Source: Antedon mediterranea
Taxonomy: Eukaryota > Animalia > Echinodermata
Assembly (NCBI RefSeq): GCF_964355755.1
Contig: NC_092670.1
Coordinates: 29,810,388 to 29,874,387 of the forward strand
Length of the DNA: 64,000 nucleotides
Direction: 5' to 3'
Shown: positions 25,201 through 40,200 of the stretch, piece after piece
Numbering within the stretch: the stretch's first letter is position 1
How the letters are laid out: every line of letters starts with the position of its first letter
Translations under genes and position numbers: made by a program
Notes under the pieces: model-generated
What the model was told of the DNA's origin: nothing
Database searches by the model: none
Seen by the model: the letters and a program-made list of their open reading frames with translations, nothing else

Positions 25201-28200
25201 AGAGAGGGATGATCACTGCATGGTATCTTCCTTTTTAACCAGCAGCAGACAAGGAACTCGTGTAGCTTAGTGTGTAATGTTGGTCCACCATGTTTCCAGA
25301 CCTCGTATGGAATTCCATCAGCTCCTGCTGCCTTGCCAAATTTTAGTTGTTCTATAGCTTTGACAGTCTCCTCAAAAGTAGGAACCTTCTCTAGATCTGT
25401 TTTTACTGGCTGGATTGGGATACATAGAATTTCTGAATCCTGTACTGAAATGGTCTGACCAGCGCTCTGCAAAGGCGATTGTGCCTGGTGTAATGGGCCA
25501 TAGACTGCCTTTAAAACATTCATAAAAACCATTGTAGTTACCACTGTCTGCGTAAAGTTGGGTTCTCTCGGCGAGTTTGGTCCACCAGTTGTTCTTAATC
25601 TTTTGAAGTTTCCGTTGAAGGTTGCTGCAGATAAGACAAAACACTGCCTTTTTTCTAGAACACGATGGCTGAGTAAGGTGCGTCTGGTGGGCAGATCTCT
25701 TTTTTGCCAGCAGTTCCTGGATCTCCTGGTCGTTTTCATCAAAACCAGTCTTTGTTCTTCTTTGTGGAGAACCCTAAGACTTCTTCAGAGTCCTTTTGGA
25801 TAGAAGTTTTCAGGTGCTCCCATAGCAGATCTGGAGAGGGGTTTGTGGGGCAGGTAGGGTTAACAAGCTTTGATTGGAGTTTCGACTGAAATGCAGCTAC
25901 GACTTCAGCTGATTGTAAGCCTTTAACATCAAACTTTCTCTTTTGGGAGTCTACGCTTCTAGGCTTTTGTTTGAGGTGGAGGTTGAGTTTGCAGCGGACA
26001 AGACAACACTTTGACCTCTAGAGAGTATGGCAACCCTCATTCACAAAGCATGCTGTTTATTTGCGCGATCGACAACGACCAGCAAAACACGTTGTGGACC
26101 GATGAGATAACATGATTGTTATTATTTTGAGGGGGAGAATAATACAGAAAGACTCCTGGATTCTGCGTTACAAATACACCGTTACATTCAACGAGTCCAG
26201 GCTAACAATGTTTTGCATGTCTTTTTTTAGGCCTGTTGTTTTCGGTAGAAATATATAGCCTAGCTAGGCCCTAGAGAGTAGAACTGTCAGCGAAACAAAA
26301 TTTCTTGAACTTACAAATAATTTAAAAAAAAATTTATTTTATTCAATCGAAACCAACAGCGATAATTACCGCTACTAACAGGTGTGATACACACAAAGCC
26401 AGGACTGTTTAAAGCACCTTGATTGGTCCTAACATTGATCAAGGGCTTCTCTCGTCCAGTGCCCACCTTCACCAGAGGAAAGGCAGATACTAGATGCAGG
26501 GGCTGCCAAGAGTCAGCAAGATAATAATATAATATAGCTTTACATAAGAGTTCAATTTTTAATCCTACATGTGAGAGTTTTAGGCAGGGATAGTATGAAA
26601 ACAAATAAACTGTCATCAGCCTTCCATAACTTGAACTGCGTTGTGGGTATGGATGATGTGATTTTCAAAAAGCGATACCAGATACTCGATTAACGTTGGA
26701 GAAAATTTTCAGTTGCAACGCGGTCAATTCTGTGGTTTGTGGTACTTTAGAAAAATCGATTATTTTTATTTTTTCAGCAGAAACAGACCCTACGTGCCAC
26801 CATTTAAGTACTCTAGTAGCTATAAATAGATACAGAGGGAGCTTACAGTATAAGCAGTTTTATTTCAATAACCTCATCCAGTATCATGACTACAATGCAG
26901 TACAGTTTTAAAATCTGTTTTTATTTGTGCTTTTTATTTCTTTTTTGTTTTTTTTTGTTTTTTAATTTTTACCATTTTAAATACTTTTTGGCGTTTATAC
27001 ATTTTAATGTAAATACACAGTAATTCAGCTTTGGCTGTGACAGTAATATAAATAAAAGAAACTTGAAACTTGATATTGCACATACTACAACAAAAATGAT
27101 GAAACATTCAGTTTAATTTACTAATGAGAATATTTTATCCTTGTATCCTATTCTGAAAAAAAAGAAGTAAATTATTCAAATGAAATTCTTTCATGAGTAA
27201 TGTTGGTTACAGAAAATACCAACTTGTCAATGTTTAGACCCCATCTGATGCCAATTACATCTGCCTAATCACAGGATATTGTTTCTAAATTTATACTACA
27301 AGGAAACTGCTTAGTTATCTTGGAATAGCTAATGATAGTATTAAACGTCAATTAATCTGATTTAACATTGACAATTTATATCTTTCAAGTTTATTTATTT
27401 AGTTTTAAAATGTAAATAAAATTCATGATATATGAATATTGTTGAACTCTTAATAGATGGTAGATATTGTTGTAACTTCTCCACAAAAGCAGTGTTCTCA
27501 CAATTTAGAAATAATGAAGAATTTAAGCAAGGCCTGACTCATAGTAAGATGTATAATCTACTGTATAAAAATGTCAAATATATTGTACTTTTTATCAATC
27601 CAATTTCATTTTATTTATTCGACTTTCAGGACATCTAATTTTCTTGTACCATTTTAATACCAGTTGGTTGGAAATTTTATTCTGATAAATCTTGTTAACA
27701 AAATTAGCTTCTGTAAAACACAGTAAAGGGTCATGAACAATTATTGTCTAAGTATGTCAGGATCAGTAGAACTGTAAAGACACTTTTTAACAGGAAATCA
27801 TATAAAAACGTATAATATAATAATGATAGGTGATACACCCACTTTTCTACCATATTTGTCATAGTATAGTATGATTGTTCCTGTCATAAACCACATTTTG
27901 TTTTTAGCTAGAATTGTTCATGATGCAATGTTTGTCAACTTGCCAAAAATCTATAAAAATCTGAGGCCCTGTTCAGACCCATGGCGTTAGACCGTTTTAG
28001 CGTACAACGTTACTATCAAGGTCACGTTACAAACCGCAGAGAAAAAAACGAGGTGTTCAGACCCATAGCGTACGATTATCGTTACAACGGAAGTACGTCA
28101 TCCAGGTTGTTTCTAGTTGCATATTCATGTGCTCTTACCCACGTGTTTTCATCATTATTTCCACTGTATATAGGCCTAGATCTCAGCCCTACAATATTAT

Positions 28201-31200
28201 GACAAAATTTGCCGTAAATAAAACATACCTCAGCATTTATTTAAGAAAAATATAGTAAAGTCAAATTTCTGTTTCTATTGTTTTTATTTTGTAGTAAAAA
28301 ACATTTTCCCCAGGCTCTTGTGTTACGAAAATAAAGCAGGCCTCGTCCTCGTAATGATGAAGAAAAAAAAGATTGAGATTAGTCTATCCAGTCCAGTCAA
28401 AGATATATATTCTTTGGTCCAGTCGGTTGAAAATAACCCTTAACTTGCTAATAAAAGGGACACAGCTCCCCTTGTTTGTTTACTGTTTTTTTTAGGAGTT
28501 AGGGGGTTTTCAGCATTAAACTTGTCCAGTCTAGTCTGCCTTGTATGAATGAGTGACTTTTGATGTCCCACGCTAGTTTTTAGCTTGAATGAAATGCGTG
28601 AATGGCTCTAGGCCTAGCTAGGCCTAAAAGCGGATGGGATCGTAGTCCCTATGTTTAAATACAAGGTGCATGTATTTATGTCATTTGTTAGAAAATATAA
28701 TGGTAATCAGTTGATAATAGTTTGTAGCCTTTGTAACAGTTGTATTTGTAGTGTAGTTAGGCCTTATTTATTCTGGCCTTTTTGTTATTGAAATCCATCT
28801 CACACATTGACGATACAAGATGTCAGCCTAGGTCAAACCTTGTTTGGCGTCATAACAGGAAACGTTCTGATTGGATACAACGTTGACTTACAGTAGCGTC
28901 GTACGCTAAAACGGTACTATCAACCGTTTTCCACTACAACGCTACAACCGTTGTACGACGCGTTGTACGCTAATCCCCAACTGTTCAGACACACATTCTT
29001 TTAGCGTCGTACGCTAAAACGGTCTAACGCCATGGGTCTGAACAGGGCCTGAATAAGGTTTACAAAAACAAAAATGAAAGTTTAGTTGTATTTTTAGATA
29101 TATTTTATTACTAGATTATCAGATTTTCATTTAGTAGGCAACAGTTACAATTGATGCTTTTAAAATTTATTAGTATTTTTATTTTCACCTGTGAGATCAC
29201 TCTTTTATAAATGATAAACCATGTTAGTATAAAATAACAAAGGATTATAGTGCCGTAGCTTTAAGAGAAGTGTGGTGGCCGCGCAAAACAGGGATGGAGA
29301 TAATTGCTATCCAAGTTGAATAGGACAGTCAGACTGAATAGATGTTCTCCCTATTCAGCAAATAAAACTCTTCCATCTTTACTTGATGTGTAGACTAGGC
29401 CATATAAACATTTGTTGCTCACATTTTAGCCTTGACAGACCTTTACAGGTAGTTTTACCTTCTACAGCGCATTGTATACTTTCAAATTTCGTACAAAAAT
29501 GTAATAAGTGTTTGAAATATTAATTATTAAATATAAAAATATACAATATAATGCTGTCTTTACTTTCTTTTTCATGCAGTGATTGAAAAAAGTAATGCTT
29601 TGTTTGGAAACTGAAACTCATTCTTTGTACTCACAAAGGAAAAATTATTCTTAAGTAGAAGTTTAGAATTGAACTAGACATTTCCTTTTCTTTCATAGTC
29701 TTCTAGTTAATCATCAGGCTTTTACGTTGTAGACATACTGCTTTAGTTGGCAAATATTTCTTAATTTCGTAACAGAGAACTGAATCATATTACTATTACT
29801 ATTTAGGTTTTGTTTTTAACAAGTTTAATCACCCTCTAGGAAATCATAACCTAGATTCTTGATTATCCTGAATCCATGCATTTACATTACAAAATTGTTA
29901 CTGATTATCACTTCAGCTTCAAATGTGAGAATTTCAAATTAAATATGGTGATAACATAATGTACTGGTACCGTTCAGTAAAGGTACTGTACACTGAAAAC
30001 AGATTATGATATCCCAACCATTTCAGATACAGTTACTGTAATGTATAAAAAAAATATAAAAATAAATAAATAATAACTTAAACAGATAACAGATTAAAGA
30101 AAAAAAACATAACAAGTTTATAATAAATTAAAATGGCATAGAATTAACCAGGCAGCATTAATTATTTTAGAACAAAGTAAATAATACAAGGCATGTAATG
30201 ATGGTTATTTTATCAGAATTTATAAATAATTTACATGCTTTTGTTTCCTCTTTTCTTTCCCTTTTCTTCCCTTATGTGTCAAATCTGTACTTAAAATGTC
30301 AGCACATAACAAATAGCAAGTTACTGTAACTTTTCAGCTACAGGATGGGTACTTCTCGAGTTGTACCTTAGTTTGTCTTGCCAAGAATGGTACTGGCATC
30401 ATTTGAAGCATGGATGGACGCAAACATATTAAACACCAATCTACAGTTGACACTAATTTTGTTTAATAATTACTGTATATTTATTTCTTTACAGTTTTGA
30501 GGAAAGAGAGGAAATATTATCCAGAACGAGGAGTTCAAATCAACTCAAACATTCAAAATCACTAAAGCAATCGAAAAAAAGTTATAGCGCACCCAACCTA
30601 TCAATCACACGGGATGACGTCCATGTTTGCATCATGTGCTTAAGAGCCATTATGAACTTTCAGGTAAAGAGGTTAACAGTCTTTTTTTCATTTGCATGGT
30701 ATCCCAAGATCCCATTTGGTAAATCCCACAATCTCATTGGGTTTTACAATTTGTATAGTGTGGCATTTAACTCAAAGTAGATCTCATTATATAATGGACA
30801 ACGGGTTATTTTGTATGTGATTTGAAAGTAACAGAATAATAACAGACCAATATAAATCAAATCAGAAACGAGACATGTTATGGAAATGTATTCTGTTTCA
30901 TTTTGCCTAAAGATCAGGCAGGTATCAGATTAGTAGGCTCAGTAATATCCCGACAGCTATATTTGTTCTAATAAAATGCCAGGCTATAAATGTCAATGTA
31001 CTTATAACAGTACTAACAAGAAATATTAATTGTTTGCCAAGCAACGTGTCAAATTAATGGAGAGTTGAGTTTGTAAAAATATATATAGAGCGTATTATAA
31101 ATGGTGATATGCTTTCAGTATTCTGTATTTCCAGCATCATTAGTGTAAATACGGCCTTACTACGTTGAAACACAAAGTTAAGCAAATAGGAATATCAGGC

Positions 31201-34200
31201 GTCGTCAGGCATTTGCAATCAGCACTGCTGACTCTTACTGTATCGTTGCATCTGTAGCATAGTATCTGTATTTTATGCCTCTCCTCTGGTTAAGGTGGCA
31301 CTGGACGAGAGAAGCCCTTGGTTAACGAGGACCAACCAAGATGCTTTAAACAGTTCTGACTTAGTTTCATCCACCACTCAGATGAATGTCAGACTAATTG
31401 ACAGATCTTGCCCCCCCCCCCCCCTGCCAAAAAAAAATGCAATGAGTGTGTTATAAGAAATATATTTTATTTTATGAATATAATTTTTCATAATCAACTT
31501 TTTTTTGTTTTTCAGTATGGTTTCAATATGGTTATTAATCATAATCAATGTATCAATGTAATAGCCCTCAGTTTAAATCACCACAGTCCAAGGTATTTAT
31601 TATAAATTATTATAAGTGTTATTATTATTAGTAGTATTGTAAAAAAAAACCTTAACAATTAAACAAATAAAACTAGTTACTGATGTTAAGTCGTGATTCA
31701 TTATATGTTTTTTCGTTAACAATTCATCTTCTTTTTACATTTTTATTGTCTTTTAAGCTGACATTTTGGTTCTAAAAGTACTATACAAATGTCCATAATT
31801 ATAAATCGTCCAATAATATTAATTATTCAATTTGAATACTAAAAGCTGTTTTTAATATCATTTATGACCTCTTTAATTTTCACATCATCAGAGATTTACT
31901 TTTAAATTAATTTATGATATTGACTTCAAAATCAAAAGTATGTGTCCATTGATGTTATTGTAGTTGGCACTTTTTATTATCCTTTCGGTCTAATTTTAGT
32001 AGAAAGTCACTCAATATCTTCCTTTCAATATTGATTGATTGATTATAGATCAATTGATTGATAATTTATGTATTGCCATGATTGATTAACTGACTGAAAG
32101 ATTGACTGATTATGAATGCAATTATATATGAGTTGATATATTACTAATGATTATTTTTTTTAAATAATTTTTATATTTCAGAACAAAGGCATTAGTACTG
32201 GAGTTGTTAGCAGCAGTGTGTCTGGTACAAGGAGGCCATGAAATAATTTTGAGTGCTTTTGATAATTTTAATGTGGTATGTTTACATTTTCCAAATAATG
32301 TCACTGTCCTTTTGAATACCCAACAGGTGTTTATATTAACTTAGGTGATGTCTACATTTAACTCAAATTTCTTGATATCACAGTTGGAGGCATTAGATGA
32401 GCTGTTCTCAATATCTTGAGCACATCAATGCATACTTTTTTAGTCGGCATCATCTTTACATCTTGTAATACAGAACCATTTTCTGTGACATGACATACAA
32501 AATATGAGTGTTATCATCATAATATACTCTTTTTTTATCTCAATTTTATTCAAAACATGTGACAATGTCAACATCAACTTCTAGATTATATCTTGAATTT
32601 ATATCTCAAATATATCTTGCCTTGATTATATCATGCTATAATTATGGACAGGTAACATCAACATTGCCAAATTTGACAATTCAAGACATACAATGTATAC
32701 CAGTGTCATTGGCATATCTCATGAAATTCATATTTTAATACTATGTGTGCCAGTGTCATTGGCATATCTTGTATCTCACAATTCAAGACATACAATGTAT
32801 ACCAGTGTCATTGGCATATCTCACGCAATTCATGATATTTTAATACTATGTGTGCCAGTGTCATTGGCATATCTCATGCAATTCATGATATTTTAATACT
32901 ATGTGTGCCAGTGTCATTGGCATATCTCATGCAATTCATGATATTTTAATACTATGTGTGCCAGTGTCATTGGCATCTCTTGTATCTCACAATTAAAGAC
33001 ATACAATGTATGCCAAGACGTTTCATTGCCATCGAGAATATTTTCTCTCAGCGACTCCTCATTTTGATGAAACTATATTCTGTGTACTATTAAATAGACA
33101 TTAGCTTGCCTCACATTTTTCATTTACATTCAACAGCATTAAAATACCTTGTTGACTTTAAAATCAATGTCATGAAACTGCCTATAATTATTTATATATA
33201 TAAATCTGAACAATAATTTTTTCCTAGGTTTGCCGGGAAAGAAAACGTTTTGAGCGTCTATTTGAATATTTTAAGAATTATGAAGAAACGAGTATTGATT
33301 TTATGGTATGAAATTCAATTACATTTATTTATATTAATAACTTGTATTTAATCTAATGAATCAGTATATCAATATTATGGGATTAGTGATAATGAGATTC
33401 TCTATTAATGTAGTTGTTATGGATTGGTGGGATTATGAAAGGTGTCTGAAAAGGGGTAAAGAAACTTGAGGTGTATCATATGTTTCAGCCCGATGTTAAT
33501 AACTTATGATTACTACGGTTTAATAGTCTATCTCAGCATTTATTCCATTCCATTTCCTTGCAGGTTGCTTGCATGCAGTTTATCAATATTGTAGTGCATT
33601 CAGTTGATGATATGAATTTCCGATCTCATCTGCAGTACGAATTTACCAAGTTGGGTCTTGAGAATTATTTAGAGGTACAGTATTCATATAATCTGTGTTT
33701 AGAATAAAAAATGAATACTAATATGAAATTAGTAAGGGCCATTACAACTGCTGACACTATGCAGAAAAGTAAATGGTAAAAGAAGAATTCTTGGTCGTCA
33801 ATGATTCTCTTTCCACATTTTAACACACAGCTCACCACCAAGTTCATTTAAATTGCATATAACTGGAGAACAATGGCCAACGTCTGCAACCAGATATGAT
33901 ACTAGAAGAAGAATACTAACATTACAATTATTGCCATCATCGCCTGCCTATGGGAACAAGATACAGAATGCACAATTCCAGAATTTTACACATGTTTCAT
34001 TCACCTGAGCCTTATTTGAAACAATTGTTTAATTAGTCTCCAACTTGTTTACTTACAGAAATTACGAAATACAGAAAGTGATCGTCTTCAGGTACAGATA
34101 CAAGCGTACTTGGACAATCACTTTGATGTCAGTAGTTTAATGGAAGATTCTGAAACAAAAACAGCAGCATTGGAACGTGTGAATGAACTTGAGGATCATT

Positions 34201-37200
34201 TGTATCGGGTAAATATTTTCTTGTAGATTGTAAAATTCAGTAGCCTGAAAGTGAGGGCACCATAAGGTTTGATAATGTATAAATTGTAGAAGGTGCCTTT
34301 GGCTAGGTTTAGACACCTTTCAGTGTACTCTATGTACATGTACTTAAATCTTACAAGTTAACATTGTTGTAACAATATACCTTTCTGCACAGCACACTAA
34401 AAAGGGCATTTTCTAATTGCTTCTTGATCATGATACTGTAATGTGATGGTTGTCTGTCAAACATTGTACCTTGTAATCTACAAATATACACATTTTCATT
34501 ATATTTTTGTTTATGATATACAGCTCAGTGAGAAATTACAACAGACAGAAGATGATTGCCTTGCCAAGATTGCAGATCTACAGATAATGTTACAGACAAC
34601 ATCCAAAGAATTACATGAGGTTAAGGTAAAGAGTATGTGTAGACATAACAACTATATTGCTTAATTATTGTTTAAAAAATGTAACTCAAATTTAATAAAA
34701 ATGTTACATCAACTAGTTACATCATTAATTAATAGTGAGAATGCAAGGACATTAGGATGTGCTTTTTCTCTTGATTTCTCGAAACCCATTTTAGCCGATT
34801 CTAGGTGTAGACAACAACCGATGACACAATAGGTGTAGGTCCTACCTCATGGAAAATCAGAAGATTGCTATTAGCTTGGAGACTTCAATCCTTAAATGCA
34901 TAAGACACACCTGCACATGTTTCTTTCACCACTATTCTTAAATAATTCACTTTTTTTATCACTAGTTCCACAATGAGGAAGCTAATAAAGAAATCAATTT
35001 ACTGAAGCATTCCTTAGCAACAGCTGAAGCAGCAGCAGTCGAGTCTATGCAAAGAGGACATGCAGGGGGAGGAGGAGGTGGAACAGGTTCAGGTGGAACA
35101 GGTTCAGGTGGAACAGGTTCAGGTGGAACAGGTTCAGGTGGAACAGGTTCAGGTGGAACAGGGTCAGGTGGAATAGGGTCAGCTGGTGTGATAACTAATG
35201 GAATGGAAGGTTTTGGTGACATACCACTTCCACCACCTCCTCCTCCTTCAGGAAGCGCACCAGCCGGTATGATTTATATTTGTCAATGTTTTGTATAAAC
35301 ATTTTTTTTTCAGTCGGTTTTTATTTGAGTATGAAGTTAATTTATGTGTTATGAACTATACTTTAACTAAACTTAAAACTCCTATGATTCTCCTCCATTT
35401 TAAGATTTATTATTCAAAGTCTCTTTCACAAAACATAAGTATTCATTCTGTGAAACCTACATAAACAACTATTAGATGACAATTCTTTCATTTTTGTTTC
35501 ATTAGTTGACAGGAATATTTGTTATGCTCTTTATGAACACAGTACAGACAATCACCACATAGTTCAATTAATTTTCTCTTTGGCTAAAATAAATTATATA
35601 AAATAATATAAATTGACATAGCGTGTTAACCCTTTCCAGTTGTATGGTATCATTATAACACCCTGTCGTAGAGGAATTGTTTCCCTTAATTTAGATAAAC
35701 TAAATTGCTGCGTCTAGTAATAAGTATAGACGTAATATATGTATATAAAGCCTCAAGTCAATGGTAGTTGGGACTGAATGAAAAGGGTTTAAGAAACATG
35801 TTTTTTTAGTAGGCCTAATACAATGTAAGGAAATGTTATTTACTTTAGTTTATGTAAACAACTAGAATGTCAATTCGATAGTCAGAACGAAATCTGATTG
35901 AAATGATGGGCTTAATGCTTGCTTCTTACTTAGACGCAAAGCAAAGACATAAACTCGCAAGCAATTTGACCAATCATGACACGAACTATCGCTTGTGATT
36001 GGTCAACTCGCTTGCATTATGCCTATTCATTGTGAACTGCGTCCAAGTGGCAACTATCTTAAAGAATACATATGCAAGGAATGTAGGTGTTGAATACCAA
36101 ACATTTACAAATAGACATTTGTGAATGTTAAATCATAATAAACTGAATCTTTCTTTCTTTAATCATATTCATGGTACTATGGATTAATATTTTTATTTAT
36201 AATTTAATTTATTTCATGATGGACACATGATGGTTATTTTTCCACTTAACCATGTTAAACATATTGATATTAATGGTAGGTTTTTGGTTTTATGATTTAT
36301 TAATATCTCTATATATGCTATATTAATATCTACTAGTTTACTAACTATCACATTTTAAAAATTATCTTCATTTGGAAATTTCTTTTATATTATTAAGAAA
36401 TAATTTAACTCTAACATCTAAATTGGTTGATGGTAATTGGTAGTACTATGTTTTCCTGTTCCTTTGTCAGTTGTCTTCATAAGTTGTATTGGCATTGTAG
36501 CTAGGCAGTCACATGTTTTTAATATTTTACAACCGCATGGCCTAGAGGTTCAAATCTGTCTGTGGCCCTTTACCCATGTTTGTTTAAAACAATACCATTG
36601 CTTCAACCTTATTTTAGCAAGCATGGGTTATTTACTTTGTATTGCTGTTAAATTTGTACTGTTCTAAAAACACCACACAGATGTGGAATGTGTCTATCTA
36701 TAAAGAATAACCAATAGATTAACAATAATAATATAATATTTTAAAAGCATTAACCGAAGTATAGAAAATTAGTGTGAATTCACACACTCATCTACCTCAC
36801 ACATTCATATACCTCACACATTTAATATGAATAAGCTCAATAAGCTGCATGTGAGCAAGACTTTCTTGTAAATCAAACAGGCAAGAAATGATATACTGTA
36901 GTTACATGCTTGGTGACATTCTTTTCAACTTTACATTTACATGTTAGTCCATCCAAGGTATACTGAAATTTATTGGAAAATGTACGGATTTTTAAATAAT
37001 GTTTGTGTAAGACCATGACTTGTAAGCTGCTTTTCAACTTATCAACGAAAAACATAATTAATGAATCAGAAGATCTTTAACCTAACCAGGGAGTTGTTAC
37101 TAACCCTCTAAATAATATTTTTCTAAATCAAGGTAGCAATTTGCTTTAGTTATGTCCATGTACTCGTCAAAGTGCCCTCTGAATTTAAAACAAATTATGT

Positions 37201-40200
37201 CCTTTTAGGAAATAAATATGTTCATGAATTATTCTTTATTTCTGTTGTGAGAAACAGATGTCTTTGTTATTCATAAACACAAACACAAATGTTTCATTCA
37301 ATTTATTTTAATTTAACTCATTGCTCTTGTTTTAACAGCTACTAAGCGAGTATTTAATGCTGGTTATATCTTGCAATGGCAATCAGTGTCAAAATGATAA
37401 AACTATTTCACCTGCATTCATTGTCACAGATTTATCATTTTATAATGTCACATTCACTTGCATTCACCAAATAAAACTAAATTTGTCTCAGCTATTAATT
37501 TGAATTTGCTATAAATTCCTTTTTCATGTGAAATAATTAATTATCTTACTTTAATACAGACTTTCTGCTTAAGAAATAATTAAATGTCTATTAATTAGTA
37601 GAATGAGTGTAGAATCTATTGGGCTTCTTCTTGGTTCTCATACAATTGTCTACAATTGCTGAAAACTATACTGTTCAGTATTATTAATGGAAAGCAGTCT
37701 TTTTACATTGATAATTCATTATCTCACTTTTTATTGACTACAATGTAGTACATTTATTCTCATTGATTTTATTATGTACTTTCTATTCCTTTGCTATAGT
37801 TTTAATAATGCTGTATTCCAATGTTGTAATTAAATTTTAATTTTTTATGAATGAAATATTCTGTGGCAATTTTTCAATTTACTTTTACAATTTTTCTCAT
37901 AATATTTTCTAGAAAGAAAATAACATTATTTGTTCATTAATTCATGTTTCAATTTGGCAAATAAACTTAGCTGAGTGATGTTTGCATTATAAAGTCACAT
38001 CTATACCCTAGTATGTAATCCCATTTCACCATTTCCATGTTATGTCTAAATTAAATTATTATTAATACATTGTTATAAACTGATTGCATCTTTTTTTACA
38101 GATCTTCCGCTTCCTCCACCACCACCCGATTTAGCTGGACCACCAGCACCGCCACCGCCGCCTCCACCTCCTACAGGAGTGCCACCTCCTCCACCACCTC
38201 CAGGTCCACCTCCAACTCCCCCTGGAGCACCACCGCCACCACCAGGTGCACCTCCACCACCAGGTGCACCACCACTACCTGGAACTATAGAAGGAGCACC
38301 TTATGGATGTAAGTAATGACAATAAACAAAAAGAGTAATAATATTCATGAGTATTTATGATGTGTATTTGTACAATAACTATTTTACATCTCTTCAGTAG
38401 ATGACATTCTATAGGGACTCCTCAGAATGTAAGCTATGTTACATCTCTTCAGTAGATGACATTCTATAGGGACTCCTCAGAATGTAAGAGTGCTATCCTT
38501 GGTACCATAATGGCATTTTTGTTATTTTCTTCTCCTTTTTGTATGGTATCAACATAATTAAAATAAAATTTAATTGGCAAAGCTTTATATAAATGAAATG
38601 TGGATTGTTTTTACAGCTGTTACAATAAAAAGGCGAATCAAAACCAAATACAGACTACCTGCATTGAATTGGGTGGCTTTCAAACCAAATCAGATTCGAG
38701 GCACAGTCTTCAGTGAGTTAGACGATGACAGAGTAATGAAGGTATGTGTACATAGTAAAGTAAATACTCTCTATAATTTACGGTTACTTACAACGTCTGT
38801 AGCTATCCTCATCTAGTTGGTCTCCACCAAATAATTTTATCTAATGCTCAATATCCAAGGCCTTTTTTTGCCAACCAACAAAAGGATTGTTAGTTTAATT
38901 TATCAAAAACATTACTGTAACTAATATGGTACTTCAGTAAATCTACAAGTAGAATGGAGAACTGAGAACTGGATAGGGAAATGAGAACAGGGATAATTGT
39001 AAATGTAAAATCAGCCTACCAGGCATAATTTAATGATAAAAAAGCCATGGTGGAATTGAATTTTTTGGTTACTTTTCAGAAAATACAAAACTTTTCCTTA
39101 TTAAAGCCCCAATAAGTCAATGATATTCTTTAGAGAAATTTCATTTTTTCCCTTTAAGGATATTGATTTTAATCAATTTGAGGAGATATTTAAGACAAAG
39201 AATCAAACACATTCCAAAGACATCCCAGATGGCAAACTAAAGACATTAAACCGCAAAGAAAAAACATCATTACTGGATGGCAACAGGTTACAGAATCTGG
39301 CAATTACTAGGCGGAAAATTATGCTAAGAAATGATCAAATTGTTGCAGCAATAAGAGTGTAAGATTTTTTTTTACAATGTATTCTGGGTAAGAATGTATT
39401 CTGTTGAAACAGAGCATGTCAGAACATATTGGCTGAATTTCAGTATTCCATACATCATACATTATCATTTGAGATAATTTTTCTGTAATATTTGAGTTTC
39501 ACATATGATAATAATCTGTTTGCGATTAATAATGTCCAGACCAACCCTGCTGGTGAAAACTCTCTTTCAGTCAGATATAAGTCTACAGCTCTTAATATAT
39601 GAATATGTGTAGCTCTCTCTTTGATGACATGAATCCATTTCTATAGCCTCAGAGTCTTGCTACATGCTATTGTGGCAATTGCTACATACCAGGACTTTTA
39701 CAATGCTTTTGTTGAGTACAGAATTGTGAGTCATTCAAATAAATGTATAAATTCCATTTTATTTTCTTCTTCATTAGTATGGACTTGAAAACCTTACCAT
39801 TAGACCAGGTGGAACAGCTCAATAAATTTGTTCCCACAGAGCAAGAAATTAAAAGTTATAAACGATATGAAAAGGATCATTTACCACTAGATAAATTAAC
39901 AAATGAAGACAATTTCATGTATATGGTGAGTAAACATGACTAACTTATATTTTTATATTTTAAACTCTGACATTTATACATTTAAATGTATCATGTCATG
40001 AACAATCTTGTAAACAAACTTGTTTTGCCTTTCTTAGCAAGTTTGTTACACACATTTTTAAAGAACTTAAATGTTATGTTTTATCCTTTTTTTTATAGTT
40101 GTGTCGTGTTGAACGTCTTCCACAAAAGTTTAGGATCATGACATACATTGGAAACTTCCTAGATATTATCCATGCCTTACAACCGGTATGTACACAATGC

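Noticed and set aside
34962-35222. Minus-strand Pro-rich ORF (PEPVP)n
   Set aside because: It is the antisense shadow of the FMNL GGTGS coding repeat.
37339-37362. Possible 24-nt phase-1 microexon in the FH1 intron
   Set aside because: The acceptor is good but the donor (gttata) is poor; it is unsupported without RNA data.
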